64,000 nt of DNA, from NCBI GenBank assembly GCA_964540635.1, contig CAZINP010000002.1:99346-163345 (forward strand). Direction: 5' to 3'. Position 1 is the stretch's first letter; the number at the start of each line of letters is the position of its first letter. The position numbers and the translations under genes are program-made. Below are positions 28,055-38,461 of this stretch, in pieces. The notes under the pieces are model-generated. The model did not search any database. It worked only from the letters and a program-made list of their open reading frames with translations, and had not been told where the DNA came from. This DNA comes from an uncultured Gammaproteobacteria bacterium (GTDB lineage Bacteria; Patescibacteriota; Patescibacteriia; Buchananbacterales; UBA6539).

Positions 28055-28580
28055 AAAGCTGGCCGGAAAAATGAAAATAGTTTTTTAATCTGCCGGAAGT
28101 GGTAAAAAATATAAAAAAAATCGTCCAAAGAATAATTACGTTCATTAGCGGCTGCCAAAGATACAAAAGCTTTATATCATAAAAGGCAAAAGAAAATGAA
28201 AATCCAAAAATTGTAAATATTGAAATATAAATCAACAAAATAAAATTATAAACCAATGTCCCGATAAAACCTAATATTGCCAGTGAATACAGGGAGCGGT
28301 TTGTAAAAAAATTTTTATACAAAATATCGGTTATGATAACCGAGAGAACCAAGGAAAGTAGAGTTGCGCCATACGGCATAGCTGAATAAAAACTTAAAAA
28401 TAGGCCGCAAAAAAAAGCCCAAATCAAACCCTTCTCGTATCCAATCATAACTGTAATAAAAAGAACAATACAAAAAATCAAGTTAAGGCTTGAAATTGGC
28501 ACAGGCCAAGTGGTCAAAAAACTAACCTGGATTAAGGTTAATAGATATGAAAATAAAATTATAGATATGGTACTAATCAT
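28032..28580 (-). CDS. mreD: Rod shape-determining protein MreD
   Basis: Polytopic membrane protein between mreC and mrdA. Confidence 0.75.
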   Translation of the reverse strand: MISTISIILFSYLLTLIQVSFLTTWPVPISSLNLIFCIVLFITVMIGYEKGLIWAFFCGLFLSFYSAMPYGATLLSLVLSVIITDILYKNFFTNRSLYSLAILGFIGTLVYNFILLIYISIFTIFGFSFSFAFYDIKLLYLWQPLMNVIILWTIFFIFFTTSGRLKNYFHFSGQLYEKRRQY

Positions 28581-29388
28581 TTTTTACATTCTTAATTACC
28601 GAGACAATGGTTAAATTATCAAGCTTAACCAATGATTGAATATATATGGTTTGAAAAAATGTATTCGGTTCCGAAACAATACGATTTACTTTTCCAATAA
28701 TCAATCCTCGTGGAATTAAAGATTCAATTCCCGAAGTAGTAATAATATCCCCTTCTTTTACCTCTTCGCCCAAAGGCACCAATTCCATCTTTAGCGAAAG
28801 CCCGTGTTCACCAGAAACTACGCCCTTGCTATTTGCATGATTTAAGATCAAAGCGGCAATTTGACTACGAGAATCATTGATTAAAATCGCTTCAGAGCTC
28901 ATAGCTTTAACGGCGTTAATTTTTCCAACAATCACCCCCTTATCACTGATTACCGGCAATCCAGCTACAATGCCATCTTTTTGACCTTTATCCAAAATAA
29001 TTGATTGCATATTTGGCTCAGGATTTTTGCCGATTACTCTGGCACTAACCGACTCCAGACTTGCTTCTGAAACAAATTGACACTGCTTAGTTTGCTCTTC
29101 GTTTTCCTGAAGCTTTAAACGTAAACTGGCATTCTCAATTGAAAGCTGGATTAACGACTCCTTCACCTTCTCGTTTTCTGCTTTGATTTGACTAATATTA
29201 AAACGAGTTGAGTAAAGATCATTAAAGCCAGAGCCAACGGAATAGATGCCGGCGTTTATTGGCGAGAACAATCTTATTAATCTGTCTTCAAAAAATGACA
29301 GAACTGAAATATAATGCAAAAAAATTAGCAGAATGACCGCTGCTAAAAGCAAAACCGAGAGTTTTGTCCTACGAAAAAACTTCCACAT
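28573..29388 (-). CDS. mreC: Rod shape-determining protein MreC
   Basis: TM + coiled coil + LDKGQKDGI...TSG...PRGLIIG. Confidence 0.95.
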   Translation of the reverse strand: MWKFFRRTKLSVLLLAAVILLIFLHYISVLSFFEDRLIRLFSPINAGIYSVGSGFNDLYSTRFNISQIKAENEKVKESLIQLSIENASLRLKLQENEEQTKQCQFVSEASLESVSARVIGKNPEPNMQSIILDKGQKDGIVAGLPVISDKGVIVGKINAVKAMSSEAILINDSRSQIAALILNHANSKGVVSGEHGLSLKMELVPLGEEVKEGDIITTSGIESLIPRGLIIGKVNRIVSEPNTFFQTIYIQSLVKLDNLTIVSVIKNVKND

Positions 29389-29398
29389 ATTTTAAATT

Positions 29399-30463
29399 TT
29401 ATCTTGATGTTTTTTCTTCTTTCATTGAAGAAGGAACCGCTACTTCATGAAGCAAATTATCGTCATCCAAAATTACGCCCATTCCCCTTACAGCGCAAGT
29501 TTGTGGGTCGTCAACAATCTTAATCGGAATTTTTGTTGCATTAAAAATTGCCTTTTCAATTCCAGCCAACATTGCGCCACCACCAGCCAAAACCATTCCT
29601 TTTTGAAAAATATCTGCCACTAATTCCGGCGGTGTGATTTCAAGCGTACTTTTAATACCATCAATTATACTGGCAACGGAACGGCTAATCGCCTGCTGGA
29701 TTTGTTCGCTGGAAATGACAACTTCTTTTGGCAAACCTGTCACAAAATCACGTCCCCTCATTCTTAAATCCTGCTCCTTTTCTTCGGTACCAATAATTGA
29801 AGCTCTAATTTTTAAATCTTCGGCCAAGCTTTCACCAACAAGCAGATTAAATTCGTTCTTGGCATAATTTATAATATCTTGATTTAATTTGTTGCCGGCA
29901 ATCCGAAGAGACTTCCAAGCCACTACACCCGAAAGAGAAATTACGGCCACCTCAGTAATACCGCCGCCAATATCAACCACCATATTGCCCGACGGATCTT
30001 GTATTGGCAAACGAGCGCCAATCGCAGTCGCAATAACATTCTCCACCAAATAAACTTCTCTTGCGCCAGCGGACAAAACCACATCTTCAACCGCCTTTTT
30101 TTCCACTTCGGTTACATCAAGCGGTACGCCAATTACCACTCTTGGTCGTGGTGACAAACCATAGCTTTGTTGATATATTCTATCAATAAAATACTTAAGC
30201 ATTTTCTCCGTAACCTCAAAATCTGAGATAATACCATCCACTAATGGTCTGGAAATTGTAATATGGGGCGGCGTTTTACCGAGCATTTGCTGAGCCTCTT
30301 GTCCAACTGCCAAAATCTGATCGTTGCGGTTGTTTAGAGCAACAATTGATGCTTCGCGCACAACAATTCCCCTATCCTTAACGTAAATCAAAGTATTTGA
30401 TGTGCCCAAATCAATGCCGACATCTTTGGTAAATTTTTTAAATAAATTGCTGAAATTAAACAT
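29399..30463 (-). CDS. mreB: MreB actin homolog (operon copy, divergent)
   Basis: GIDLGTSNT, DIGGG, TPPELVADI. Confidence 0.93.
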   Translation of the reverse strand: MFNFSNLFKKFTKDVGIDLGTSNTLIYVKDRGIVVREASIVALNNRNDQILAVGQEAQQMLGKTPPHITISRPLVDGIISDFEVTEKMLKYFIDRIYQQSYGLSPRPRVVIGVPLDVTEVEKKAVEDVVLSAGAREVYLVENVIATAIGARLPIQDPSGNMVVDIGGGITEVAVISLSGVVAWKSLRIAGNKLNQDIINYAKNEFNLLVGESLAEDLKIRASIIGTEEKEQDLRMRGRDFVTGLPKEVVISSEQIQQAISRSVASIIDGIKSTLEITPPELVADIFQKGMVLAGGGAMLAGIEKAIFNATKIPIKIVDDPQTCAVRGMGVILDDDNLLHEVAVPSSMKEEKTSR

Positions 30464-30559
30464 ATTAGTATTGGTATTTTACGGCTAATTCAGGAATTTT
30501 GCAATAAAAATTTTGGCTTATTTTAATTAATAAAAAATGGCTAAAATTAGACAAAAATA

Positions 30560-31801
30560 TTAATCTTTTAACATTTTCAATAATTTTTTTTCGTCAACCA
30601 ATTCCACTGAATCTTCTTTTCTTTTTTTGACCTCAACTTTATTTCCGGTTTTTTCAGAGACCACCAACCTATAAGGCAGACCCAGCAAATCAGAATCAGC
30701 AAATTTTTGACCGGCAGAAGGCTCAAACCTGTCGTCAAATAAGACTTCAATATTTTCAGCAGTCAATTTTTTATACAGGGATTCTGCCTTGTCAACAATT
30801 TTTTGATCCTTGCCTAAAACCAAAAGATGAACCTTTAGCGGCGCAATTGATTCCGGCCAAACTATTCCTTTTTCGTCATGATAGACCTCAACAACAGTGC
30901 CCATCACCCGGCTTGGGCCAATCCCATAGCAACCCATCATTACCGGCTTTCTTTGTCCTTCTTCATCGGTAAAAAACAATTCAAGCGGTTGAGAGTATTT
31001 GTTCTTCAATGGAAAAATATTACCAACTTCAATGGCCTTACCCTCAATAATTTTTCCTTTACACTTGGGACAAGTATCACCTTGCTTATATTCATATATC
31101 TCCTTATTGCGCGCGTATGAACATTTTTCACAATAATAAATCGTATCTTCACCGGCATCTGCCAAAACTTGATATTCGTGTGAAAATTTAGAGAAGCTGC
31201 CACCGGAAGCTTCAGTCAAAAACGCATTAAGGCCGCAACGTTTAAAAATATTATCATAAGCTCCCATAACTTTCTGATAATAATCGTCCAAATCGGCTTC
31301 ACTGGCATGAAAGCTGTATAAATCTTTCATTGAAAATTCTATTCCCCTCAGCAAACCTGACTTGGCCCTAGGCTCGTTTCGAAATTTGTCCTGAATCTGA
31401 TAAGCGGCAAATGGCAAATCCTTGTAGCTGTTCACAAATTTTTTTGCCAAGGTGGTAATAATTTCTTCGTGCGTCCAACCAAGACCATAATCTTTTTCGC
31501 CCCTGCCCTTAAACTGAAACATCACTTCCGGCCCGGGATCTGACCAGCGACCGGTTTTTGCCCAGGGCTCTTTAGGCTGGAGGGCAGGCATAAAAATTTC
31601 TTGCCCACCAATGGCATTCATTTCCTCCCTGATTATATTTTTAATTTTATTTAAAACCAAGAGACCCAACGGCAAAAAAGTATAAACACCGGCCGTTAAT
31701 TTATCAACTAAACCGGCACGAATAAGCAGCACTGAATTCAAACTGATCTCATCCTTTGGCGCTTCTTTTAGGGACTTGGTGAATAGATTTGATTGCCTCA
31801 T
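30560..31801 (-). CDS. proS: Proline--tRNA ligase, short form without INS editing domain
   Basis: MRQS start, THEE, FRNEPRAKSGLLR, EVGNIF, MGCYGIG; 413 aa. Confidence 0.95.
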   Translation of the reverse strand: MRQSNLFTKSLKEAPKDEISLNSVLLIRAGLVDKLTAGVYTFLPLGLLVLNKIKNIIREEMNAIGGQEIFMPALQPKEPWAKTGRWSDPGPEVMFQFKGRGEKDYGLGWTHEEIITTLAKKFVNSYKDLPFAAYQIQDKFRNEPRAKSGLLRGIEFSMKDLYSFHASEADLDDYYQKVMGAYDNIFKRCGLNAFLTEASGGSFSKFSHEYQVLADAGEDTIYYCEKCSYARNKEIYEYKQGDTCPKCKGKIIEGKAIEVGNIFPLKNKYSQPLELFFTDEEGQRKPVMMGCYGIGPSRVMGTVVEVYHDEKGIVWPESIAPLKVHLLVLGKDQKIVDKAESLYKKLTAENIEVLFDDRFEPSAGQKFADSDLLGLPYRLVVSEKTGNKVEVKKRKEDSVELVDEKKLLKMLKD

Positions 31802-31831
31802 TGTCTTAATAATTATTTTATTAACTATAAA

Positions 31832-32209
31832 TTAACCGAATAATCTCTGCCAAAAATTTTTTTTATCTTCGTCGTGATCAACTTTTTCTTGCTGCTGGTT
31901 GTGCATCTGATTCTCAATTAAACCCTGTAATCTCCTCCCCTCCGCTTCAACTGCCGGTCCATCGTAATCGGCGCTGTGCGCGTTGGCATTGGCATAAGAA
32001 GTTTTTTTCTGATCTAAGTGGAGATTGATTGAAACGCGATTATCCCTGTCAGTTTCAATGTAAACATGAAATCTCGGATAGAAAACATCTGAGAGCCTGC
32101 GAATATAGCTGGTTTTGCCGGTATTGTAATCGTTGAATTGATGATAGCCGGCACGACGCATAAAAACTAACAAATTCTGCTTAAAATCAAAAGGGATATT
32201 TATTTTCAT
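31832..32209 (-). CDS. Hypothetical protein
   Basis: ORF in the proS-rseP operon, YPRFHVY...LHLDQK...AHSADYDG; start placed at ATG 32209. Confidence 0.75.
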   Translation of the reverse strand: MKINIPFDFKQNLLVFMRRAGYHQFNDYNTGKTSYIRRLSDVFYPRFHVYIETDRDNRVSINLHLDQKKTSYANANAHSADYDGPAVEAEGRRLQGLIENQMHNQQQEKVDHDEDKKNFWQRLFG

Positions 32210-32214
32210 AGTGA

Positions 32215-33381
32215 TTAAAATAAACCTGAAATTTGCTGCCACCAATTAACAAATCCGGATGAAACTCGGGCAATATCTCTAAATGTAACAATGACAACCA
32301 AAATCATTAACAAGGCAAAACCGATATTGTGCATTGCGGCTTCAAATTTTTGATTTACCGGCTTACGCCTTATTCCTTCAATAAGCAAGAAGAAAACCCG
32401 ACCGCCATCAAGAGCCGGAAAAGGCAAAAAGTTTATGACCGCAATGAGGATTGAAAGTATAGCGGTAAACTGAACGATATAGAGAAAACCCATCCTGGCC
32501 GCGTCACCAACCATTCCGGCAATACCAACCGGTCCGTAGACTTCGCCGATCATCTGCCTTTGAACAATTAAATTTTTAAGCATCGCCCAAAAACCATACA
32601 GCACGCCGACAATTGTTTTAAATGTTTCGCCCAAACCGTACCACCAGGAAATATACCAGGGATAAGATACATATCCGATTTTAACAAGGGCCACGCCAAT
32701 TCCGCCTTTTTTTGTTTCGCCCAATACTATTGGTGAAATTTCTAGATTCATTTCTTCATCTTCTCGCAATATTTTTACCGAAACAGTCTGGCCGACTTTG
32801 TCATTCATATAAACCTGAATATCTTCAATTTTTGGAAATTCTTTCTGGTCAATGGAAACAACGCTATCACCGACTTTTATACCTGCCTTATCTGCCGGTG
32901 AGCCGGATAGGACTTCGACGATATTAACTTTTTCGTTACTCACTTTGGCTAATTTCGGCAAATTATTATCGATCATCTGGGGCGAGCCAAAAGTTAAACT
33001 TAAAGTCAGAAGAAAGGCTGCCAAAACAAAGTTCATAAAAACGCCGGCGGAAACAATTACAATTCTCTTCCAAACTTTTTGAGAAACAAAACTGTCTGAA
33101 TCCTTCGGACCATCACCGTCTTCACCTTTGATTTTTACAAATCCGCCAAGGGGGATCCAATTTAAAGACCAAATGGTTTTTTTGGTGTCAATTTGGCCCA
33201 TGCCAACTTTTTTAATTTTACCCGCCTCATCACGGTAAAATCCGATTATCCTGGGAGGAAGCCCCAGGCCAAACTCATCCACCTTAACGCCAAAACGACG
33301 AGCAGTGCAAAAATGACCGGCTTCATGAACCAAAACTAAAATACTTAGAACCGCAAAAAAAGCAATAAGAGTTAACAACAT
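32215..33381 (-). CDS. rseP: Site-2 metalloprotease RseP
   Basis: HEAGH, PDZ domain, NFLPFPALDGG. Confidence 0.96.
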   Translation of the reverse strand: MLLTLIAFFAVLSILVLVHEAGHFCTARRFGVKVDEFGLGLPPRIIGFYRDEAGKIKKVGMGQIDTKKTIWSLNWIPLGGFVKIKGEDGDGPKDSDSFVSQKVWKRIVIVSAGVFMNFVLAAFLLTLSLTFGSPQMIDNNLPKLAKVSNEKVNIVEVLSGSPADKAGIKVGDSVVSIDQKEFPKIEDIQVYMNDKVGQTVSVKILREDEEMNLEISPIVLGETKKGGIGVALVKIGYVSYPWYISWWYGLGETFKTIVGVLYGFWAMLKNLIVQRQMIGEVYGPVGIAGMVGDAARMGFLYIVQFTAILSILIAVINFLPFPALDGGRVFFLLIEGIRRKPVNQKFEAAMHNIGFALLMILVVIVTFRDIARVSSGFVNWWQQISGLF

Positions 33382-33383
33382 AG

Positions 33384-33935
33384 TTAAATAGTCATTATTT
33401 CATCTTCTTTTTTCTCGCCAATTTCTTCGGCCTTTGTTGTATATTCTTTGGTGGTTTCGTCAAGTTTTTTCAACAGCAAAAACCGATCATCTTCGGTTAG
33501 CTCCTTGTCTTTCTCCATCTTACTGATTGTTTCTTTTATTTTATCGCGAACCTGCCTAAAAACAATTTTTGTTTTTTCCAATTTCTCCCTAACCTGCTTA
33601 ACTAAATCCTTACGATTCTCTTCGGTTAGTTGAGGCACAGTCAAACGAATCTGGGCGCCCTCATTAACCGGTGAAATTCCGATATTGGCCTGGATAATAG
33701 CTTTTTCCACCTCTTTAGACAACGTTTTATCCCACGGCTGAATCAGCAGGGTTCGGGCTTCCGGTACGGTAATAGAGGCCATTTGCTTTATCGGCATCTT
33801 TGAGCCGTAAGCATCAACCAAAATTCCTTCCACCATAACCGGATTGGCACGACCAACCCTTAATGTCATAAGTTCACTCTTAAGCATTTCCAAACCTTTT
33901 TCAAATTCAGGTTTATGTTGTTCAATAATTTGCAT
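33384..33935 (-). CDS. frr: Ribosome recycling factor
   Basis: LRVGRANP, IQPWDK, PQLTEENRKDLVK. Confidence 0.97.
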   Translation of the reverse strand: MQIIEQHKPEFEKGLEMLKSELMTLRVGRANPVMVEGILVDAYGSKMPIKQMASITVPEARTLLIQPWDKTLSKEVEKAIIQANIGISPVNEGAQIRLTVPQLTEENRKDLVKQVREKLEKTKIVFRQVRDKIKETISKMEKDKELTEDDRFLLLKKLDETTKEYTTKAEEIGEKKEDEIMTI

Positions 33936-33954
33936 AGTTAAAAATGATAATTAA

Positions 33955-35013
33955 TTATTTTTTCTTAGCAATATTTGTAAAACCCATATAAATAATATCT
34001 GGATTAACCGGATCAATTAAAATGGCTGTTGCGGCGGCGTTTGTCGGTAAGCGTTTTGTAACCCAGCTATTACCGCCGTCTGTGGTTTTGTAGAATGTGG
34101 TGGCGGTGGCGTAATATATTTCTTTATTATTTTTAGGATTAACGGCAAGTGAATAAATTTCAGCACTACCAGGCTGAGTAACCAATTTTATTGCTTCCCA
34201 GGTATTTCCGCCGTCACTTGTTTTTAACAAACCATATTTTGTAGCAATAATTAGCGACCCGGGCTGGGTTAAATCAAAAACCATAGCCTTAAACTCATTT
34301 GCCCCGGTAAAACTTTTTAGACCGTCATTAATGTTTACCCACGTCAAACCAGCACCTTCTGACTTATAAATTCCTTTTGTTTTTGTGGCAAAATAAATAC
34401 TCCCAGAATCATTTGGATCAACTAAAATTTTAACGACTTTATCCCCTAATTTATTTATTGTCTGCCAGTTCACGCCGCCATCTATGCTCTTTAATATTTC
34501 GCCACCAGCGTTACCGGCATAAACAATCTTGCTATCATTCAAATCAACCGCTAAAGCTGTAGTGGCAAATTTTGCACCGCGGGTTTCCAGAAAAATTTCT
34601 GACCAATTTCTATTGCAATCATCTGATTTCAAGATCGTATTGGCAAAAGTTGCATAAATCGTACACTTGTCTTCCGAATCAATAGCAATTGATTCAATTA
34701 AACCGTCTCCCACCTGGACCGCCTTTTGCCAACTTTCCGCACCGTCATAGCTATATAGCAAGCCGCCTGTATCTGAATTAATATATATACCTTTTTTATC
34801 GGACGGATCCATGGTCAGCCCCAAAACATTTACGCCAGAAATTTTGCCGACGCCACCGGATGATAAAAACTGATTTTTTTCAACCCATTTTTCTCCCCTA
34901 TCAACTGATTTAAAAACCCCTACCGTTACCGCCTGATTACCGCCTCCAAGCTTTATGGTGCAAGCCGGTAAAAACAGCAGAGAAAAAATAAATAATAGTC
35001 CAATTTTTTTCAT
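33955..35013 (-). CDS. BNR/Asp-box beta-propeller lipoprotein (YCF48/VPS10-like)
   Basis: Lipobox LPAC; repeated SxDGGxxW Asp-boxes. Confidence 0.88.
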   Translation of the reverse strand: MKKIGLLFIFSLLFLPACTIKLGGGNQAVTVGVFKSVDRGEKWVEKNQFLSSGGVGKISGVNVLGLTMDPSDKKGIYINSDTGGLLYSYDGAESWQKAVQVGDGLIESIAIDSEDKCTIYATFANTILKSDDCNRNWSEIFLETRGAKFATTALAVDLNDSKIVYAGNAGGEILKSIDGGVNWQTINKLGDKVVKILVDPNDSGSIYFATKTKGIYKSEGAGLTWVNINDGLKSFTGANEFKAMVFDLTQPGSLIIATKYGLLKTSDGGNTWEAIKLVTQPGSAEIYSLAVNPKNNKEIYYATATTFYKTTDGGNSWVTKRLPTNAAATAILIDPVNPDIIYMGFTNIAKKK

Positions 35014-35022
35014 ACTTATTAT

Positions 35023-36045
35023 TTAAAAATTTAAAACTAAATTTTCCAAGGTTAGGCGTGAATTAGCATTTGCTTCAAGAAAAAATTTTGCTTGATCAAT
35101 CTCTTTAATTAGAGAAATAATTTTTTGCTGGCCCAATTTTTTGCCTAAATCTTTTGCCTCTTTCAAAAAGGCTTGATTGGCAATTTGATTTTCAGCATAA
35201 ATTGAAACAGCAGCATCTCTCAAAACGTTTTTCCAAATTAATATTTCTTCTTTTATCTCCGAAATGTCGCCCGCCTCAGCCACCTTATTCACAGCTTTAA
35301 GCCTAGAGGCAGTATCACCTTTAAATAATTCAAAAACATTTTTGATTTTTTCTTTGTATTCTTCATAGTAATCCGGCTCAAGGAAATATTTTACAGCCAA
35401 ACCGGGTCGGCCAAACGAGACTGCCGCTAATTTTAAAGCCTTCTTTTTATCACAGCCCAAATTAATTAAACCCGATACAATTTCATCCGTTGAAACGGGT
35501 AAAAATTTTATCGCCTGACAACGAGAAGCAATGGTTGCCGGCAGAGCTGAAAGATTTTGTACCAATAAAATAAGAATCGTATTTGGAGATGGTTCTTCTA
35601 AAGTTTTAAGTAAAGAATTTGCCGCTTCCTGACTTAGGGTGTGAGCCTGATCAATTATCCCGGCTTTATAACCATCCAAAAATGAATGCAAATTTAATTT
35701 CTCCTGCAAGTCTCTAATTTGTTCAATACTTATATTTTTTTTCATTTTTCCGGAATCGTTGGTTTCAAGAGAAATCCAACTAATATCCGGATGCACTTTG
35801 TTTATCAACTGCCGGCAACATTCACATTTATTGCACGGCACAACCTCTTTTTTATCTTTCAGATGGCGGCAAACCAAAGAACCAATCAAAAACTCGGCTA
35901 CGCTTGATTTGCCAATATTTTCCGGGCCAACAAATATATAAGCATGGGCAATGCGCCCACGAGTAATATTTTTTTGCAGAAAATCAATAATTTTAGTATG
36001 ACCAATTAATGGCCACCTAAATTGACAATTTTGCTCTTTTATCAT
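35023..36045 (-). CDS. holB: DNA polymerase III delta' subunit
   Basis: HAYIFVGPENIGK, zinc cysteines, AANSLLKTLEEP, TIASRC. Confidence 0.93.
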   Translation of the reverse strand: MIKEQNCQFRWPLIGHTKIIDFLQKNITRGRIAHAYIFVGPENIGKSSVAEFLIGSLVCRHLKDKKEVVPCNKCECCRQLINKVHPDISWISLETNDSGKMKKNISIEQIRDLQEKLNLHSFLDGYKAGIIDQAHTLSQEAANSLLKTLEEPSPNTILILLVQNLSALPATIASRCQAIKFLPVSTDEIVSGLINLGCDKKKALKLAAVSFGRPGLAVKYFLEPDYYEEYKEKIKNVFELFKGDTASRLKAVNKVAEAGDISEIKEEILIWKNVLRDAAVSIYAENQIANQAFLKEAKDLGKKLGQQKIISLIKEIDQAKFFLEANANSRLTLENLVLNF

Positions 36046-36154
36046 GCTATTATTTTACCCTTAATCCCAGCTTTTGGCAAGGTCAAATTATGACATAAAA
36101 AATAATTATTTTCAATAAAAAAACCGGGCGAACCCGGCTCTTTTATTTAACAGA

Positions 36155-37195
36155 TTAATTCCAAATTTTTATGGCTTCGTTCCAAATTTCCGGTTCACTA
36201 TTTAATTTAAGCCAATACCAATATTCCACTCCCCAAAAATAAACTTTCTTAAAACCAGCTTTTTTAACATATTCCACATTAGAAATAAACCTTTTGGCCG
36301 AGAAAGATTGGTCTCTTTCTTTCTTTGTCAAATCAATCATGCTTTTATTAAACGTCCAGGGCTCCATCTGCAACTCAGTCACAATCACCTCTTTCAAATT
36401 GGGGTGAAACAATTCCGTCAGATCAGCCTTGAATCGATAAAAAGCCGGGGGCAAGAAAAAATAATCAAAGAATCCCAAATATTTGTTCCAAACGATACGG
36501 TAGAGAGTTGTTCCCAAGACATCAGAAACCGAGGCCGCCGATTGCCATGAAGAAAGTTCGCCGCTATCTGAAACTAAAATTTGTCTTTGCGGATCTAACT
36601 CTTTAACTTTTTCAATTTCTTTTTTTAACAAATCCTTGTTCGGCTTTGGACACATGCCAAAAGTAGAGAGAAACGGCTCGTTTTCTACCTGCCAAAGCTC
36701 GATTGACCTATTATTCTTAAAATGTCCGATTACTGCCGCAACAAAAGTAAGCAATTTTTCTTCCTCTTCACTTTCGCTCTTTTCCTTCAACCAAAGCGGA
36801 TCGTGACATTCAGGCCACCGGGGCGTTCTCCGCCCTAAAATAAGCTGAATTTTTGCTCCCCTGTCAGATGCCTGACTGACTTGCCAATCAAGGTCTTGAA
36901 AATTATAAACTCCTTCCATGTTCTCAATTTCGTCCCAATAAGCGATTAATCTAACATTTTTAACATTTAATTCGCCTAATATATCTACGTAAGCTTGCGT
37001 CCAGTCCAACCCCAACTCCCGGGCATATTTTTTACTAAATGTAATTCCAAATTCGGGATTTTTTCCTCCGGAAAAATCATAAAAAAAAGAACTCAAATAG
37101 ATTAAGAAAAAAAACGCCAAAAAAGAAAATAAAAAAATAAAAAAATATTTTTTTGTTTTTTTATCTATTTTGACTATTTTTTCACCTTTTTTCAT
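36155..37195 (-). CDS. Membrane-anchored glycoside hydrolase (clan GH-A TIM barrel, GH42/GH5-like)
   Basis: WQVENEP acid/base and TELQMEPW nucleophile-like motifs; N-terminal TM; start placed at ATG 37195. Confidence 0.78.
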   Translation of the reverse strand: MKKGEKIVKIDKKTKKYFFIFLFSFLAFFFLIYLSSFFYDFSGGKNPEFGITFSKKYARELGLDWTQAYVDILGELNVKNVRLIAYWDEIENMEGVYNFQDLDWQVSQASDRGAKIQLILGRRTPRWPECHDPLWLKEKSESEEEEKLLTFVAAVIGHFKNNRSIELWQVENEPFLSTFGMCPKPNKDLLKKEIEKVKELDPQRQILVSDSGELSSWQSAASVSDVLGTTLYRIVWNKYLGFFDYFFLPPAFYRFKADLTELFHPNLKEVIVTELQMEPWTFNKSMIDLTKKERDQSFSAKRFISNVEYVKKAGFKKVYFWGVEYWYWLKLNSEPEIWNEAIKIWN

Positions 37196-37217
37196 AAAAA
37201 TATTATAACACAAAAAC

Positions 37218-37252
37218 AAAAAACACAAAAACTTAAAGTTTTTGTGTTTTTT
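37218..37252. terminator. AT-rich hairpin terminator
   Basis: AAAAACACAAAAACTT/AAGTTTTTGTGTTTTT inverted repeat. Confidence 0.6.
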
Positions 37253-37261
37253 ATCCAGCTA

Positions 37262-37381
37262 TTAAGCGATATTCTTTTTGCCTCGTCTTAAATCTTTGGT
37301 TTTTTTGGCCAAAGCTTTTCCGATGCGGGTGTTTTTTTTAGCATGCTTCATCCTGGATTTTAGTGCGCTGTTTTGTCCCAT
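37262..37381 (-). CDS. Small basic protein (39 aa), not in ORF track
   Basis: Manual translation MGQNSALKSRMKHAKKNTRIGKALAKKTKDLRRGKKNIA; between the mreB stop and a terminator. Confidence 0.6.
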   Translation of the reverse strand: MGQNSALKSRMKHAKKNTRIGKALAKKTKDLRRGKKNIA

Positions 37382-37396
37382 AATATTTCATCTAAA

Positions 37397-38410
37397 TTAT
37401 TTAATTAAAAATATACTTCTCTTATACGACTCAAGATTTTCAAGCGCAATGCCGGTTCCTTTGGCCACACAAAAAAGCGGGCCTTCGGCAACATAAGTCG
37501 GCACCCCAGTTGCTTCTGTAATCAATCTATCAATATTTCTTAACTGACTTGAACCGCCAGACATAATAATTCCCTTATCGATTACGTCAGCTGATAATTC
37601 CGGCGGAGTTCTGTGCAAAACATCTTTAACTGCCTGAATGATACCCTCTAATTCATTTTGAATAGCATCAGTTACATCATCAGATGTAACCGTTACTGTT
37701 CTGGGCAATCCAGAAACCGTATCTCGTCCCCTTACATCCATTGTCAGAGGTTCTTCCATATACATGGCCGAGCCAACCTCAATCTTTACTTTCTCGGCCG
37801 ATCTTTCGCCCACGGCTAAATTATATTTTCGTCTAATATGCTCTGCAATAGCGCCGTCCAAACGATTACCGCCGATTCTTACGGAAGTTGAAGAAACAAT
37901 ACCGCCCAAAGAAATAACCGCCATTTCCGAGGTGCCACCACCGATATCAATAATCATATGCCCTGACGGCGAACCGATTGGAATGTCAGCCCCAATGGCA
38001 GCCACAATCGGTTCTTTAATAATGTAGGCTGCTTTGGCACCAGCTGCAATCGTTGCATCAATTACCGCTCTTCTTTCAGTTGAAGTGATACCAGCCGGTA
38101 CAGCAACCATTACTTCCGGCCTAAAGAGTCTGACGCCACCCAAAGCTTTATTAACAAAATAACGCAACATTGCCGCCGTAGTTTTATAATCAGCAATTAC
38201 GCCATCCTTCATCGGCCTAACGGCAATAATGGTTTCCGGCGTGCGCCCAAGCATTTCTTTTGCCTCAACCCCAACGGCAAGAATCTTCTTGTCAACCGCA
38301 GAAACCGCAACAACTGAAGGCTCATTAATCACGATACCACGCTTTGGGACATAAACAAGGGAATTTGTTGTTCCCAGGTCAATTCCGATTTTCTTAATCA
38401 TTTTAAACAT
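37397..38410 (-). CDS. mreB: MreB/Mbl actin homolog (second copy, canonical motifs)
   Basis: GIDLGTTNS, NEPSVVA, KEPIVAAIG, DIGGGTSE. Confidence 0.95.
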   Translation of the reverse strand: MFKMIKKIGIDLGTTNSLVYVPKRGIVINEPSVVAVSAVDKKILAVGVEAKEMLGRTPETIIAVRPMKDGVIADYKTTAAMLRYFVNKALGGVRLFRPEVMVAVPAGITSTERRAVIDATIAAGAKAAYIIKEPIVAAIGADIPIGSPSGHMIIDIGGGTSEMAVISLGGIVSSTSVRIGGNRLDGAIAEHIRRKYNLAVGERSAEKVKIEVGSAMYMEEPLTMDVRGRDTVSGLPRTVTVTSDDVTDAIQNELEGIIQAVKDVLHRTPPELSADVIDKGIIMSGGSSQLRNIDRLITEATGVPTYVAEGPLFCVAKGTGIALENLESYKRSIFLIK

Positions 38411-38461
38411 AAAATTTAATTGATTTGCGTCCTTAATCCTAACATAAAAATATAATTATGT

